Part shown: positions 47,160 through 62,100 of the stretch, piece by piece
Numbering within the stretch: the stretch's first letter is position 1
Layout: the number at the start of each line of letters is the position of its first letter
Origin: Balanoglossus misakiensis
Taxonomy: Eukaryota > Animalia > Hemichordata
Direction of reading: 5' to 3'
DNA: 64,000 bases
NCBI GenBank assembly: GCA_040954595.2
Contig: CM082579.2
Span: 1,935,908 to 1,999,907, forward strand
Translations under genes and position numbers: made by a program
Notes under the pieces: generated by a model
Told to the model about the DNA's origin: nothing
Databases searched by the model: none
Seen by the model: the letters and a program-made list of their open reading frames with translations, nothing else

Positions 47160-50100
47160 CTGCAGATAAAACAAGACAAATAAAAAAAATTTCAATTTAA
47201 TAAGTTGCATAAACAAGAATATGGCTGCAACACAAATTTCATTGAATTTCAAATCCATGATATTTTGGTGTGATAATATAATATGGCATCTAAGGTTTTA
47301 TTTTCTGAAATGAAAACACGCACGAAGGCAACTAAGGAAAGCTTTTCTGTAAGTGGTCCATTGGCGACTTGGAGTCTCCAAACAAACATTCAAAGCATTT
47401 AACATAGCTGGGTTAGATTCCTACAGAAGTAGCTTTGTCGCTAACTATGGTATTCTGTGCACAGCGATCAAATTTATATCTAGGATAATTATTACAATCT
47501 TAAAATCTAAATTGATCTGAAATACTCTGGACACATGTGTGCATTATCAAAAACACAAGAAGGATAATTATGTTCATTTCTACATTGTGATAAATGAAAC
47601 TTTTCAGAATTTTTTATGCGATGGGTTTTATTCAAATTATGTTTTCAGTGTTAGCTGAGGCGATTTGGCTCGACTCTACCAATTAATATCGCCTTGATGA
47701 TTTGGAGAGACAGCTGAAGCATTTTTGTCATATATGAATTGAACTCTTGGGGCCACGCAAGTTGTCAATCATATTATGATACAATCAATGGGCGCAGCAA
47801 AGTTGATCTCGCTAGTACCAAACAAGTTCAGACAAACGATGTGTGACATTTCATCGCCTGAAATATTATACAGGTTATAATAACATCCACCAACTGGGGT
47901 CCAGATGATGAATGCGAAACTAGCAAATCTGCAACATCGCGTCGGGGTGCTCGGCATATTGCCAAAAGATAGAAGTTGGAACGAGGAACAATTCGCTTGA
48001 TGCGAACTTATCAGAACAAAGTGCTGCAAATCGTACAAGGCCATCATAACGGCATGATCAGCATGTATCTTTATGATTCATACGTCTAGACATCAGAGAA
48101 ATTGCCAAAAAAAACATGATGATACTGATCACACAGTCTGCATCATTTCACACATGTTCATTTGCACAAGTATAATTCTGGGAAAACCGCCCTCTATGGT
48201 TGGAGTTTGGCAAGTTCTCAGTTCCATCCATCCATCCATCCACTCACCAACACAACAAACTCAATCAATTAACATCTTTGTTGCACAAAATACCACTTTT
48301 ACAGTAGTCCACACCGACCAACCTCTCACACATAATATTGCTCTGTAGTGATCTGTGATGTCAAGTGGCACAAAATACAGACATTGACAGAAACTACAAT
48401 ACAGTAACATACACGAAAACAAAACATTGGGGGGAGGATTGACAATTGAAATTGTTATTGATAGAGAGGGTCTGGGTGATGAGTGGAGTTGGCAGACAAG
48501 CCATTCAGCTGTTCTTGGTCTTTCAAGGCAAGATTCCACCGATGAACTTACATTTCCAAAACGACTGATACTGTTGTCAATTTATTTATTTAACATTTAA
48601 ACAGTGCTCAGTTTCAGGCAGTGTTTAAATGATTAGCCATGACTGGCCAGACTGACACCTCACAAGGGCAGAGGGATGACTGAAGACGAAGTGGGCAAAA
48701 AAGTGCTGATGACCATGGAGGGGAGATGAAACCTAGCAAGTTGTTGAAAGAATTAAACCACAACCCCGGGGGACGCTGTAATATTGTTTATCTGTTTGTT
48801 TAAGCTAATCACCATGGCGGGCTTGGCGCCAGTGTCACGCTGTGAGAACCAAGTGCATGTTACAGTAATTCCAGCAACCACTGCCGGATGAGGTTGCAAC
48901 ATTCAAAACTCTCTGTCTCACTTGAGGAGTATGTCATGAAAAGATTCTTGACAGCGATACCCATCCTTTGGTATTTTCACACTTTATCATTCGGTGCCAT
49001 CTGTAGACACGTCTTTTCCCTCGGATCGGCACCACTCGATTTTTGTTCCCTTCCCGTTTTATCGGTGAAACCCAACTACAGTCGGTTATGTGTGTGTGTG
49101 CAGATGCATGACCAGAGGAAAAAATGGGACAGAACAGGGATGTGGGAACAACAAACCCTGCAGTCCAGTCTGTGGTGTGTACTCATCCATGACCGATGAC
49201 ATGGTCCTGGCATCGTCAAACACCGAGGTACAAAATTAGATGTGACATCCTTTCCCTTTCCCACAAAACCATAAATTTCATCCTTGGGCACACTGAGACT
49301 CGGGCCGCAGTGGTGGTACCCAGGATGGCGCCACCAAGACCACTTCCGCGACCTCCGACGACCTCGCCGGGGTGAAAGGCTTCGCTTGCGACAAAGGCTG
49401 AAGCCATAATTAACTGCCTCACGTATGACGAAGTCAATAATTTTCCGAAATATGTATAGAGAAAAAGACAAATTGTTGGATGGCACAGGGATATGTTGTC
49501 ACACGGCTGTGTAAATGATGTTGTATCAGCGTTGCATGTGGTAGAAGCAATAGTATATCGCTTCTGTTGCCCTCAGATGTACTATCATCGATAAATTTTG
49601 AATGTGTGGTAATCAACACGACTAGATGGTGTTTTCATATTTGGCCATGTGAAATCTTTTCACTGGATACCATTCAATTCAAAAGCTTACAAGCAAAGTG
49701 GCCGACCCTTTCATGTGGGATTCATGTAAAAGTCCGTGTGAGCTATGATTTTCACACTGACATGGCAAATTCTGGCTCAAATATCTGTAGTATTCAGAAA
49801 AGAAACACACAAAAAAACATTTTTTTGTCATTCTAAGTCATTTTCACATTTGATGAAGAATTTGGACGGCTCTGCTTCCAGATTAATCTCAGAGAGAATA
49901 TCCCAGAACTCCTCAAGACAATCATCGCTTAAAAATGTGTCACTGCGCCGTGAATGAGACAGAAATACCAATGAGACTGGAATTATCTCTCATCCCACAT
50001 TGATCCAAATCCACTGCAGTCAATCACTTACAATTGCGAAATCATAATGTGAATTTAACCGACAATCATCGTTGCATGATGACATTTCTCTCAGCTCCTA

Positions 50101-53100
50101 CCAAAGGTTTCAATTCACCAATCTCTAACAGAAAAGGTGATAATCCCCTCGGCTCGTAAACTCTCCCAGTGAAAGGGAAATTCCAATCCAAACAGGATTA
50201 GGAAGCAATAAAAAGACATGAAAGGGCTGATGGTGAGGCTTAAGACAATATCTGAAGTGGAAATATTTGGAGAAACTCTTAAAATGAAGTAAATGTGATT
50301 TTGCGATGAGTGACAATGGATTTAACCATTCTTCTTCGCTTGTAAGTTGTATTGGACTTCTTATCCCTGAAGGCATATTACAAATATGATTTTGCTGTAA
50401 CTTAGATATATTCCTGAAATCTTACTCATTAATTTTTCCAGTCCAAAACAATGCGAAATTCACATTTCCGCTTTTTAACATTGCTTTCTGATGGCTCACA
50501 ATTGCCCCATAAAATTGACTTATTTTCTTCCAATTTCCAATTTCTAAAATTATAACATATCGATATACTCCATGTACATTGTAGTCTAAGGTAATGCTAT
50601 CCTTCAATCAGAAAGCATTTTATTTGCAATTAATCTTCTTTTTTTATTTAATTAAAAATTGTACAAAATATATTACTTTGGTGTGACTGGAAAAATTAAA
50701 ACATACAACCAAACGGATTCTTTCACAAGAAAATCTGGATTTTGAAAAACAGATTCATGATGGCATTATGATTGACTTCCTGAGTACAAAAACTATTTAA
50801 ATGTCCTAAAATAGTTTTTATAAAAATATAGATGTGGATTTTAATTCGAAGAGGCACTTTCCTTTATGTCTCTGCATTAGACTCCAGCAGTCCAACGGAG
50901 GAGTAATAACACTTTTTTATTCGAAAGAATTTTGATGACAGCCATCCATTAATTTACACAGGACAATTATGCAATTTATATAAAGCATATTATTGTAAAT
51001 TTTCGGGGACAATATATTACACAATGTAATCTTACACGTGCACATTGAGAAAGAGAAATCAGCCCTGAAGGGAGAGACTTTGATGATTAATGCGCTGGCG
51101 TTTGGTAGAAAATTGTGCGGACGAACGCAGCAGAAATGTTGCTGCAAGCAACTCCCCATAAGGGTACAGTTGTCACACACTCTCTCATTGATTAACTGCT
51201 ACACTTTATATAAATTACTCCAAATCCCCGGGATTACTGCATATTTGTGATTTTTATTGTATTTCCCAAATTGTCTGTTTCTAAAGGATTTAGCTTTCAT
51301 TGTTTTGGTAATCCCCCAAAACATGGAGGCAGGCACGACGACTCAATCCGGGAATATAACTCAAATTTAAGAGCTTAGCCTGAAAAGTACTTCTCTGTTT
51401 TCCCTATGCCATTGTTCCAATGAAACTGATCCTCTGCCAAGTATAAATCTTTCCTGATTAATACATTTCTCAAATATTACGGATTGCTTCTAGAATGATA
51501 TTCATGCCAAATCTTCTGAATCTTCTGCAGCTTCAATTCAAGATTTATTTCTATCCAGTAGATATTGTTGGCTGACTCTAACATTAAAAGTGGTTTGTCA
51601 TATCCTGTAGAGGGCAGTAGACAGTAGTATAAAGATAAGCTTATAGGTCTTACAAAACCTCAGGTAGCTACATGTATGTATTAGCATAAGAGTTCGGTGT
51701 AATGATGGTATACTAAAATCTGTCTTATAAAGAACCAAATATTAGCAATCTTTAAGTCAATTTTGTTTTTTAAACAACTTCTTTTTGCTATTTCTGATGG
51801 CTGTATACTGGTTTTCATAACAATTAAATCGGTAGGTTCTAACACCACACTTTTGTCATCTGCAACTCCGGTCACCCTTTCCAATGTAACAACTGCATCA
51901 TCAAATTGCATTCCACCTGAAATCAATAACTCGAAAAGGCGCAAAGCACAATTCCCGACCAGTAAATCAGACTGTAAAGCCGTAATGACAAGATCTTGGC
52001 TGTCAACTTAACAAATTTTACTGCTGTGAAAAAACCCACTTGCTGGAGCTCATAAAAGTCAAATCTTCCAGAGTATGGACGGATCCATGATTGCAAACGA
52101 TTCATTTTATAGCGCTCCATCAATGATCATCGCCTAAAATGTCCATCACTATGATAAATTATCACTCTCATCAATGCATTCAGTCTTTCTTGAGAACCAA
52201 TAACGAGAAATTTCCAGTCAACAGCCACACTTCCCATCATTTCTCTTTCCCTTCAAATTACTCTCAACGGCAGCAACAAAATGAGGTTAATACGATGTAC
52301 CTACTTTCAAGATTTCATTTGAAACATCTTGAAATTATCTTGCTTAGATTTCTTTGTTTTACGACGATATATCTCAATTTAGAAAGGCACAGTTCCTTGA
52401 CTCCGTAGAGTTGAGGTTTTTGAATTAGGGACAGCTACATGTATCTTGGGGACAAAGTTAAGAGAGTAAGAGAGAGCAACCAGAAAGGAATTCCACGCTT
52501 GAAAACATCCCGCGAGAGAAATCATTATTCTCCAAAAAAATAACAGGTAGCTTTCAATGCATGCAGACCAACCAACTGTCCATTTTGATGTCCCTATTCT
52601 GTATTCAACGCAAAACAAAAGGATTAACAGTGCTGATTGCCTCTCATTACCCAACAAAATCAAGTTAGATCCGAAACTTGATAAGCCAAACAAAATTGCC
52701 TCCAACGATTGTTAGGGAAATTTTCCACCAAACCAAGCCATTTCCATTCTGATGTGCACGGAATGTAATTTGTTGTGCGTAAAGTAGTCGAACCCTCAGA
52801 GCTCGACAGACTTTCCCTCAGCGACCAAAACTCAAATCAGTCTAGCTTTTCCACAGTTGGTCATCTTGTGGCACCATACAGGATATCTGTGAATTGTCAC
52901 CAGTCTTGCCAACCTGTTTTTCCTTTTTGACTGAACAGACAGTTTCCTCAGATAACAGCCAAGTACGGTGAAGTGTGCATAGATTTGATACACACTCCAT
53001 ATATTACGACTTCACATAATGACCAGCAACAATCGAAGATAGGAATTTTTTTAAATCTCATCAGAAAACAGGCGATACACCATGCAAGTTAAAATGTGCA

Positions 53101-56100
53101 GACGTTAACTGCAGGGAAAGATATTGATGGCTTTGGCTACCATAGAGATAATGAACGGGTAAAATCTATCAGCGATTTTGAACTGTTAAACAAACAGAAA
53201 AAAATAACTATTTGTTCAAGTCCCCCTGCTGTTGCAGCGGTTGGAGGTATCCATTCAATTCATCTCTGATTTTAATGCTCTGCAAACCACATTAACATTA
53301 AGTTTTTCCCCCTGTTTAATACAAATGTTTTGCATCTATTTTTATTCCTTAAATGTTGATCAGAAACTGCAAGAATTTGGGTAGAATTCTGTATTGTTGG
53401 ACTAAAAAAATTCCAAGAGAAATAGTTCAGTTGGACAATTAAAAGGTTTGGTGAGAAACCATGCTTAGTGTACATTAATAATCCCTCATGGGTAGAAACA
53501 GCTAACCTTGGCACGAAAATTTATCAAGCACAGAAAACTACTCAGGTTGATGATTTCTAAATGGCCTAGCTTGGATTTGAACTTGGTGGGAAGCATTTCA
53601 AGTGATTAAATTAATCTGAAGAAGTCTGCTGCATTGCAGAATGAGCCGGCATATAAGGAAAATATTTTGGTCTTTTCTGTGATGTATACATGTATGTAGG
53701 ATGCCCACAACACTGTGTGCAATTCAATTTTATACACACAGCTAGCTACAGAGGGGTGAATCTCTCCTGGTAGTTGTTTGTGTCTATCAAAGCAAACACT
53801 CATTACTTTCTTAATTGTGATAATCAGTTTGTCGTTATCTGCCACTGATATCTTTGCTGTGTGTTTTACCATGCTGGCAACCACAGTGCGCAAAGTTTAC
53901 AATCAGTTTTCTGGGCAGCTATTTTTGATGGATAGACTGCCTGTTGATCGGGAAAAATAAATGATCATGGAAAATCCAACACTAGGCAAATGAGACGTAG
54001 ATGTATTCCCGTTCAGATGCCCATTCCAGCGGTAGTTTATGCATACCCTCCCTGTTAATATCTTTGCCATGTTTCCAGTCCTGACTTTGATTGCCGTCAA
54101 GGTACAGAATCAAACTACCTCGGGGAGCAGATTATTAAGAAATGCATTGACTGCGCTATTAGGTATGCATCAATTGCCTGCAACACACAAGAGACAAACT
54201 CAGGGGGAAGCTGTACATGGCTTGCATTTCACCTGTATACAAGAATGCATAAACTTTACTGACAACCTCAGAATACAGCAACACAGATATTCATTGACTC
54301 TTTTACAACCCTCCCCTCTTCCTTCGTTGGCTAATCCAAGTCTAATGTCATATCCTCCTGACTAAGTTCAATAACCAGGGAGCCACTCAACACACACTTC
54401 CTATTTTTTCAAATGCTGTATTATAAAGCTACATGTACCTTTCCACTTTGTATTCAATAACCCCATGAAAAATTTAAGATTGAAAGCTAAATTTTTAAAC
54501 TTTAAAAACGTCTAGGTGATGCAATGTTTCTGTTATCACTGTACACAATTTCTCTGCCATTCAGTGAACCTAGAAATTGTACTGTGCTCGAGAATAGATT
54601 TATGTAAATTGACTGACTGGCGGTTACAAAGGTGGATTACTTTGGAGATGATTTTGATCAAGTTACAATTCTGCTGAAATTGGTGGAAGGAGTGTCACTG
54701 ACAGGCTAAAGTAATCATATTACATGCGCCGTAGTCACTGTGTAAAGGGATCAAGTCTCTGTAGTACGGAAAAAAATTGTAGTTTGCCGATTGACACAAT
54801 CATTCAATTGTTTCTTTTTCTGTTGTGATTGAAAATGTTCACATTTTGCCGATTCAGAAATTATAATGTAGGTTACCTACTCAAATATAAAGAAGTTCCA
54901 CATTTCAATGTGGATGGATCATACAAATTTCCTTGACAAACAAACTTACAAATGCTGACACGTTTTTTGGGAGCCTAACAAGATGAAAATTCTCCTTGTG
55001 TGTGTCAGAGTTTACTTCTCAATGACTGGACTTTGTTGTGTTTTTTTAATAAAGTGTATCACACATACAGGCATGTTGTCCCTAAAATAACCATAGATTT
55101 ACAAAGTGCAAATAATAGATACAACAACCAGCAATTGTGTACTCTACAAAAGTATACTGAGGCTGTTGTATATTTTTAGGGACTGGACCATATTTCAAAT
55201 CTCATAATATGTCGCCTGAATTTTTATACGGGCACACACTGTTTGATCTTTATATCATCACTGTCAATTTCACTGAACATTTAGACTTTGAATACATATC
55301 CTGAATATTTTCATTATTCCTTTTTATTTGGTCATGTTTTACTGTTATAGGTACATGTACATTCTTTTTTACGGTGGAAATGGACCTTTTCCAGTTTATG
55401 TCATACATTGTAATTTGTTAATTAGCATCAATGATATTGACAATAATCTGCCCTTGTCCCTCTTATATTTAATCACCAACAATGCATCATTTTACATTCA
55501 GGCACGACCATGGCCTCATAAAGCACTTTCGTTAGATACAGACATTTGCCGCATAATGTCTATTTCAAAGCAGAAATGCTCATCAAATAGAATAACAATT
55601 CACACCAGCAAAACAATGCAAATTTCCGGGATTAAAATTTGTCAAATGTCAGTGTAATCCTAACACAGCGAGTTTAATTTTCTATTTTGCACCGACATAC
55701 AATGAGAGTGATACTGGCTACAAAGGCTTCAATATGTAGCAAAGTAACACAATACAAAAGATGTAAAGAGCCCCCTCTTCAAACGAACGACCACCTGCCA
55801 ACCCCCCACCTCAATTTCCCCCCACTGCACAATGTCACATTTTGAACTGAACGAACACTAACACAGACAGTAGAGATGTCCAAAGGAAGCCTGCTTGGTT
55901 TCTGCTTTCAGTTCAGGTCTTTAAACAGAGGCAGAGAGAGAGATAGAGCGAGTCTCAGCTATTTGGGACAGTTCACTCTTAATTCTTCTCCAAAACAAAC
56001 TTAAAACAGCCAAACTTATTTCGCCATCAATTTCTCCAAACAGACACCCTCAACTTCGACCGAAAAACCGCACCAGACTCTCTCTCGCTCTCTGTACCCG

Positions 56101-59100
56101 CACTCATGCCTCTTGTCAGCCACTCATTCAACTATTTCTATTTTCAATGGTGTCCTAACTTTGACGGCTGAATTATATATTCTGATTGCCGAGATAAAGT
56201 TGGCAGTCTTTTGTAAAAATCACTCAGAAAGAAACTCACTGATTAAGGAAGAGGGAATCCATTTTCCTCGTGGAGGTTCCCCTATCTTCCATATGTCAAC
56301 TTTATCTATCCCGGATTTCACCTCCCCGGCTTTTCCGATCGGCATAATTTTCCACCGATGCGCTGGAAAGCGTCGTAAATAACCTTTTACGGCCGGTGTT
56401 GCCTAAACTGCGTTTCTAACAACTCCGCAACGACCGGTTTTCTTGCTGAGGACTAGTGACATGTGTTGATGGCTGCAGTCGTTGCAAATGACATGCTGTG
56501 TAGATATGCAAAAGATAACCATGGAAATTGGCTCCCATAGCATCTGCCATGTGACAACAGCCTATCAAAACACTTACACACTTCTGATCTGTTATTTGAT
56601 AAAACAAATGAATGGAAAAGACTGCATGTTAATATGGCCAGATCTGCGTCATGGCAACGCGCCATGGTAACTGGTGGGGTATGCGTGTTTACATCTCTAT
56701 TCCTGCCCAGGGTGGAATTCTCTCACTCGTGGCATTTTGTACAAAGAAAACTCTTGCTTTCGGGTAGTAACCCATTCTTCTCTCCATTTTGATGTCTGTG
56801 AAAACTCTGGTGTTCAATTCAAATGACACACACAATTCTTCGCACCAAATTTTCCGGAATCCAACAATTATGAAAACTACTTGGGAAGAATACATGCAGT
56901 TCATTATGTCACTGTGGAATTTTGAAAAGATTTAATAAAACTTCAGATGAATATTGTCCATGGTGCTTGTTATTGGCATTTGTTAATCACTCAGCAATGT
57001 CCATCAGACTTAGATAATAATGAGACAAAAGTTGACAGAGCAGGGTTTTAAGGAAATCTCACTTCAGCTAAGCATCATTCATTCTAATTCCAAATAGTGC
57101 TGATCTGAGAACCCGAATTTCTCAGATGAAATTCGGGATTCGTCACTACAAAAACGTAGCGACAGTTAACGTCTTGACAGACAAATTATTCCTGTACTTC
57201 CATTAGATCTAGCTTTCGAGTCGACATCTGCCTTGTACAGGATATGGCCTTTTTTACAGCAAATTACTCCCCGAATAGATGAAATTGAGAGGCAATAAAA
57301 GAAATAAGACATTTCTGCGGGTGACACATCAACACATCACATCCATCTAATGACCTCAAGTTGTCATGGAGCTATCTATGACCTCTGACCTAGGTAACCT
57401 TCACCACAATCTTTGAACATTACTCGAAAGGCAATTTAATTTTTATATTATTTGAAAATGAGCTTTTTCTTTTCACTCAACAGATGAAGATTGTGTCGCT
57501 CTATATAAGTGTGTAGCAAGGACAGAAGCGGTTGGGTTGTTTTGTAGTTTTTCACACCAAACCTTGGACCAAACCATGGTGGGAAAAAGTTTAAAGGGGC
57601 AATTTCAATCACTGGTTCTTATATTAGTTCTTGTTGACACTGAGTGATTTATGTAGTGCAAAGCCTTTGTATTCCATTGAAATCTTTATCAATTTAATCA
57701 ATTTATTTTTAGATAAAGCTGATAAATTAGATGCACCTTTAATTATAACATTCAATGACAAGTACATGTACAATGTTCAAATGTGTGGGAACTGCACTGG
57801 TACAAAAAATGTTAAATACACGATAACACAATTTCAGACTTTTAAAAGAAATTTTGTTAACTCCATGCCATGATTAATGGTAACGGAAAAGACAACTGGC
57901 CAGAAGCGTTTCTGTATAACACCGGAGGGTGTTAAAACGAGGAACAATCGACGCTCCACGCGCACAGGTAAACAAAAAAAGAATGGCTGATTGCGTATAT
58001 GCAAATGAGGTGGCTAGAACGCAGCACAGTGACTCGACGATGCAACAACACGGAGACATGACCTGAATGGGTAATGAGGACAGACGCGGGGTTGCCGTGG
58101 GTTGCGTCCCTGACAGATTTGCATGGCTATCACCACGCACACAATCGGGAGACTGAGTCAATATAACTTGGCAGCTTATGAGTTAATCGCATGTTTTGCT
58201 ATCAGCAATACTAGATTTAGCACCATGTAGGTGTAAATTAAGATGGTTGGCCCAGATAAGGATTTGTTACAAAGATTGCACAGAAGCCATTGATGCAGAA
58301 CACTACTCCATCACACACACGCGCACAAAAAACTGCCACGCACCTGTCTACCTATAAAACTCGGCAAAGTTCAGACCGAACATTCTGTGCAAATGCAATA
58401 ATTAAAAGCAATGCTCATCATCATCTGCACATCCACAATAAACACATCCAGTCCTCTTTCTGACATTTAAATTACATGTTTTAAAGACAGCTTTTCCTCT
58501 TCCAGATAGAGAAATTAAACTTAAGAAGGGACGTATTATTTTTTGTTGATGATGTAAAGTTATATGTACGTTTTGCATTTTAATCTTCAAAATCTTAACC
58601 ACCACAGCTATAGACTTGAATATTAATTTTTGAAGCCGTAATATTTTTATGAGAATTTTCTCTGCTACAGCTTCCTGTCACTGTCTGTGTGTGATGATTG
58701 AAGACTGCTTCCAAACTTTTGCCCGTGTTCACAAATAAATCTGTCAGCTAGATTTTTGCTGGGTGGCTGTCAATCTTTCGCAGTAAGCGTTGGTAAACTG
58801 GGCACTTGTATGCTGAGTTTACGGCAGTAAATTTGATCACATTTGATGTTCTGTCCATCTGTGCACAGACTACTTTAGTCACAAACTTGCAGCAAATAAA
58901 ACTATCACTACATCCATGCAAATTTTTGGCACCAGTAGACCTGGTTCGATCCCCCATTTGACACTATTGGTTTAGAAAACCCAAATTCACTGGTTTCAAA
59001 TTTCTAATACTAATAATTATCAATCCAACAAAAAAAGAAATTCTACGCCTTGATTTCAGACTACATGATACGCATATACATCTAATATGAACATTTCTTG

Positions 59101-62100
59101 AGGACGACATGTCGTGTATCAACTTTGTAGCTCTTTTGGACAGAGATCATCGATAAGTTGACCAGATCATACCTGATCAAATTCACATATTAGCTATTAT
59201 CTATTAGATTCATCAGAATTGAACTGATGAAGTTTGTGTTTTTTTTCACTGTACTTGATGGTAGAGAAAGTGAGTGCAAATCAAGTGTTGAAAGGCAATG
59301 ACCAACACCGTATATGTTTGACATATTTCATTCATTAGGATCTCATTCTCGAATCATCCAACATTTGATTGGTGGCTGATCAGTCAATTTGGGACTTAAT
59401 AAATTGAAACCAAGTTTCTCGAAATTACCCCGGCTCTCCCGGTCTAATCCTGCGTGCCGAAATTACCATTCCGATTATGTGTCTCTTCCCGTGTTCAATT
59501 GTAACTGTATTACTGTTATTTTCTACGGCAAATGGACTGTTAAGCTGACGCTTAGGCTCTGATTGCCCGCGTTCCATTGACGCAGCTCAGACTCAATTCA
59601 CCTAAAAAGTGACGATCATTTACACTTAACCGAGCATTAAACTTCTATCAAAATAATGGAGAATAATTCTATTTTCTTGTCAATAAAGATATTTAAGCCG
59701 GACAATAGGGAGCCAGCCCGCTCAGAATAGACCTTTTAACACCCTTATTCACACAGCGACACACACACAACAACGGTTCATTGTGTGTGCATTACGGCAG
59801 CCTTTTCAGAGAGACATTATTATGAAAATTGGGCACCTTCAGTATGACTTTTATTAAATCAAATTTTGAAAAAGAACAGAGCTAGAGAGAAAGCTGCCGT
59901 GTGTACAAGAACTGCGCATGGACAGAAAGCCTCCCCACATGAATGCAGAAACATTCCGAAGGCAGCGGCTGGTTTCTGACGGGCAACTTTTCTTCGTCTC
60001 TCCCTTGCAAGGAAGTTAGCTGCTGTATTAACACTGCAGAACAATCACCATTGGTTGAGATGGCAGCTAGCTAGCACAGCGGACAGATTAGCCAAGCCAG
60101 TAACAATCATGTATTCACAATGTCCACCGGGAGTTGCGTTCCCCCTAGACAATGGCCAGTCTATATTTCACTATATTTCCTTACACATCACAACACACAC
60201 TCTGTACAGCACATTTTCCCCTTCCATGAACACCTTTTTATGGCACTATCTCGCAGTGAAATTAAAAATTTCTCCATCTGACTGATGGCTCAATCCCTGA
60301 ATGAACTGACTAGAAGTTCACAAAGACTTTCCTCTGAAATCACGTCTTTTAGAAGAAGAAAGAATTGACTCAATATCAGGTTTTTTTTTCTGTTCTTTAT
60401 TTTTTTCTCACATCAGCGCTAAAATTCTGCTCAAATCAGTTCAATTATGATACATGGAGGAAGCATGGTTTCCACTCAAACAATAATGCCACAAGTTTTT
60501 GGGGGATAATTACGTACATCAGTGTATGCTACTGTACCAATGAGTTTGAAAATGACAGTTTTTTTTTCGTATACTAATTGTCAGGCAGAGGATGTTTTCT
60601 CAGTATTTTTGAATCAGCAATGATACACTACAATCCAGAAATATCAGCTGCAATACAGATGGTGAATGCAAATGACCCAAATGCTAAGATTCCCTGTGAT
60701 TGGCTACCATGAAACCAAATCCACTTATGTGCATGTGACTGATGACTGGCCAATCACAGACTGCCTTACGGCAAGCAGAAACAAATCCAACAGCCCCTAG
60801 AGCACGCATCCTTGAACACCGACTGAAGCCATGCCCCATCACACACACGCATGGCTGCCAGACTTAAAAGAAACCCCCAAAGAAGAAAATGGTTCATCTC
60901 TCTACAGAGTGCGGTTAACTTTTCAGCCTTTTCCCATAACACCCCACAGCATCGGAACAATCATGCAACTTCCTGCAAATTTCAGGCCTCCTAATTGATT
61001 TTGATTGCATTTACTTTGTCCCCCCTCCGCTCACAGCAAATAACAAGCAGACACCAGTGGTAGCGGCCGCTCCTCCCTTTTCCATTAGCCACTCAGCTCT
61101 CGGTGCACATCACGCGACTTGATAGCTATACAGGGCCTCCATTTGCTGGGGTCAAATTCACTACAATGCGCCGACTTTGCTAACATCCACCCCGCCCGCA
61201 TTGGCAAATTCTCCGGAGGAAACCTTCTAAATGTAAATTAGAGCCGGTGATGAATTTTATAGAGACGGGAAAAAGATGGGAGATCAAAGAGCATGGAGCC
61301 AAGAGACAAAGCCTATGTAATCGGATACCTGTCGTTATCAGCATGAAATCGGCCCTTCATTTTGTACCAAATTACCAGAAAATTTACCCTTTATGCTGCC
61401 TTTTACCTAGCCTAATGACAGGGGAAAAATAGCAGGGTAAAATTTCACATTATTGTGAGTTAGAGGACACTCTGAATAGAAAACTTGCCGATAACGATTC
61501 TTAATTGATTTTTGGGACTTTTTAGAAGGGAATAAACCTTCAGTCACTGTTTGCTTGTGGTTTAAGTGTTTGTTTTCTCTTTTCTCCAGGCAGAATAAGG
61601 AGTTACGGAACAATCACACATTGATCAGATTGATTTGGGTGATAGGGTTAGTGTTTACACAGACTCTAGCTTGATCAAATTTTTCTTCTCTAGAGAAGGA
61701 GAAATGAAGTCTGGTTTTGTAAACCTTGGTGTACAACTATGCAGTAAACTGCAGATGCACAATCACACACACACTCGCTCCTGTCGGAAATACACTCGTC
61801 AGGTGCTTGGCTGTGGTTAGGCTACGATTCGACTCACTCAAAACGATACTTGATTCTACTCCGAGAACCACAGTCTCAACATCCCACTTTTCTTGAAATC
61901 CATCCCCGAAACCAACGGAAACCATCTCTGTTGAAATATTCATGCTTTTTTCAATGAGAGCTTGCACACATACAAAGGCGGGTGCTGGATGACTACCTGT
62001 CTAACACTTCACACCCTACCACAATCTGACACCCCATGAATTTTAATTTAGCACCTCCACAGCAAATTCTAACCCCAAAGATGAATCTTTGATGCAATTT

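Noticed and set aside
49076-49486. 136-aa minus-strand ORF in the NBEA intron
   Set aside because: No similarity to neurobeachin PH/DUF1088 or mab21; a by-product of local GC richness.
57103-57141. Two overlapping short hairpins (atctgagaa/ttctcagat; cccgaatttc/gaaattcggg)
   Set aside because: Too short to support an RNA gene; probably a local inverted micro-duplication.
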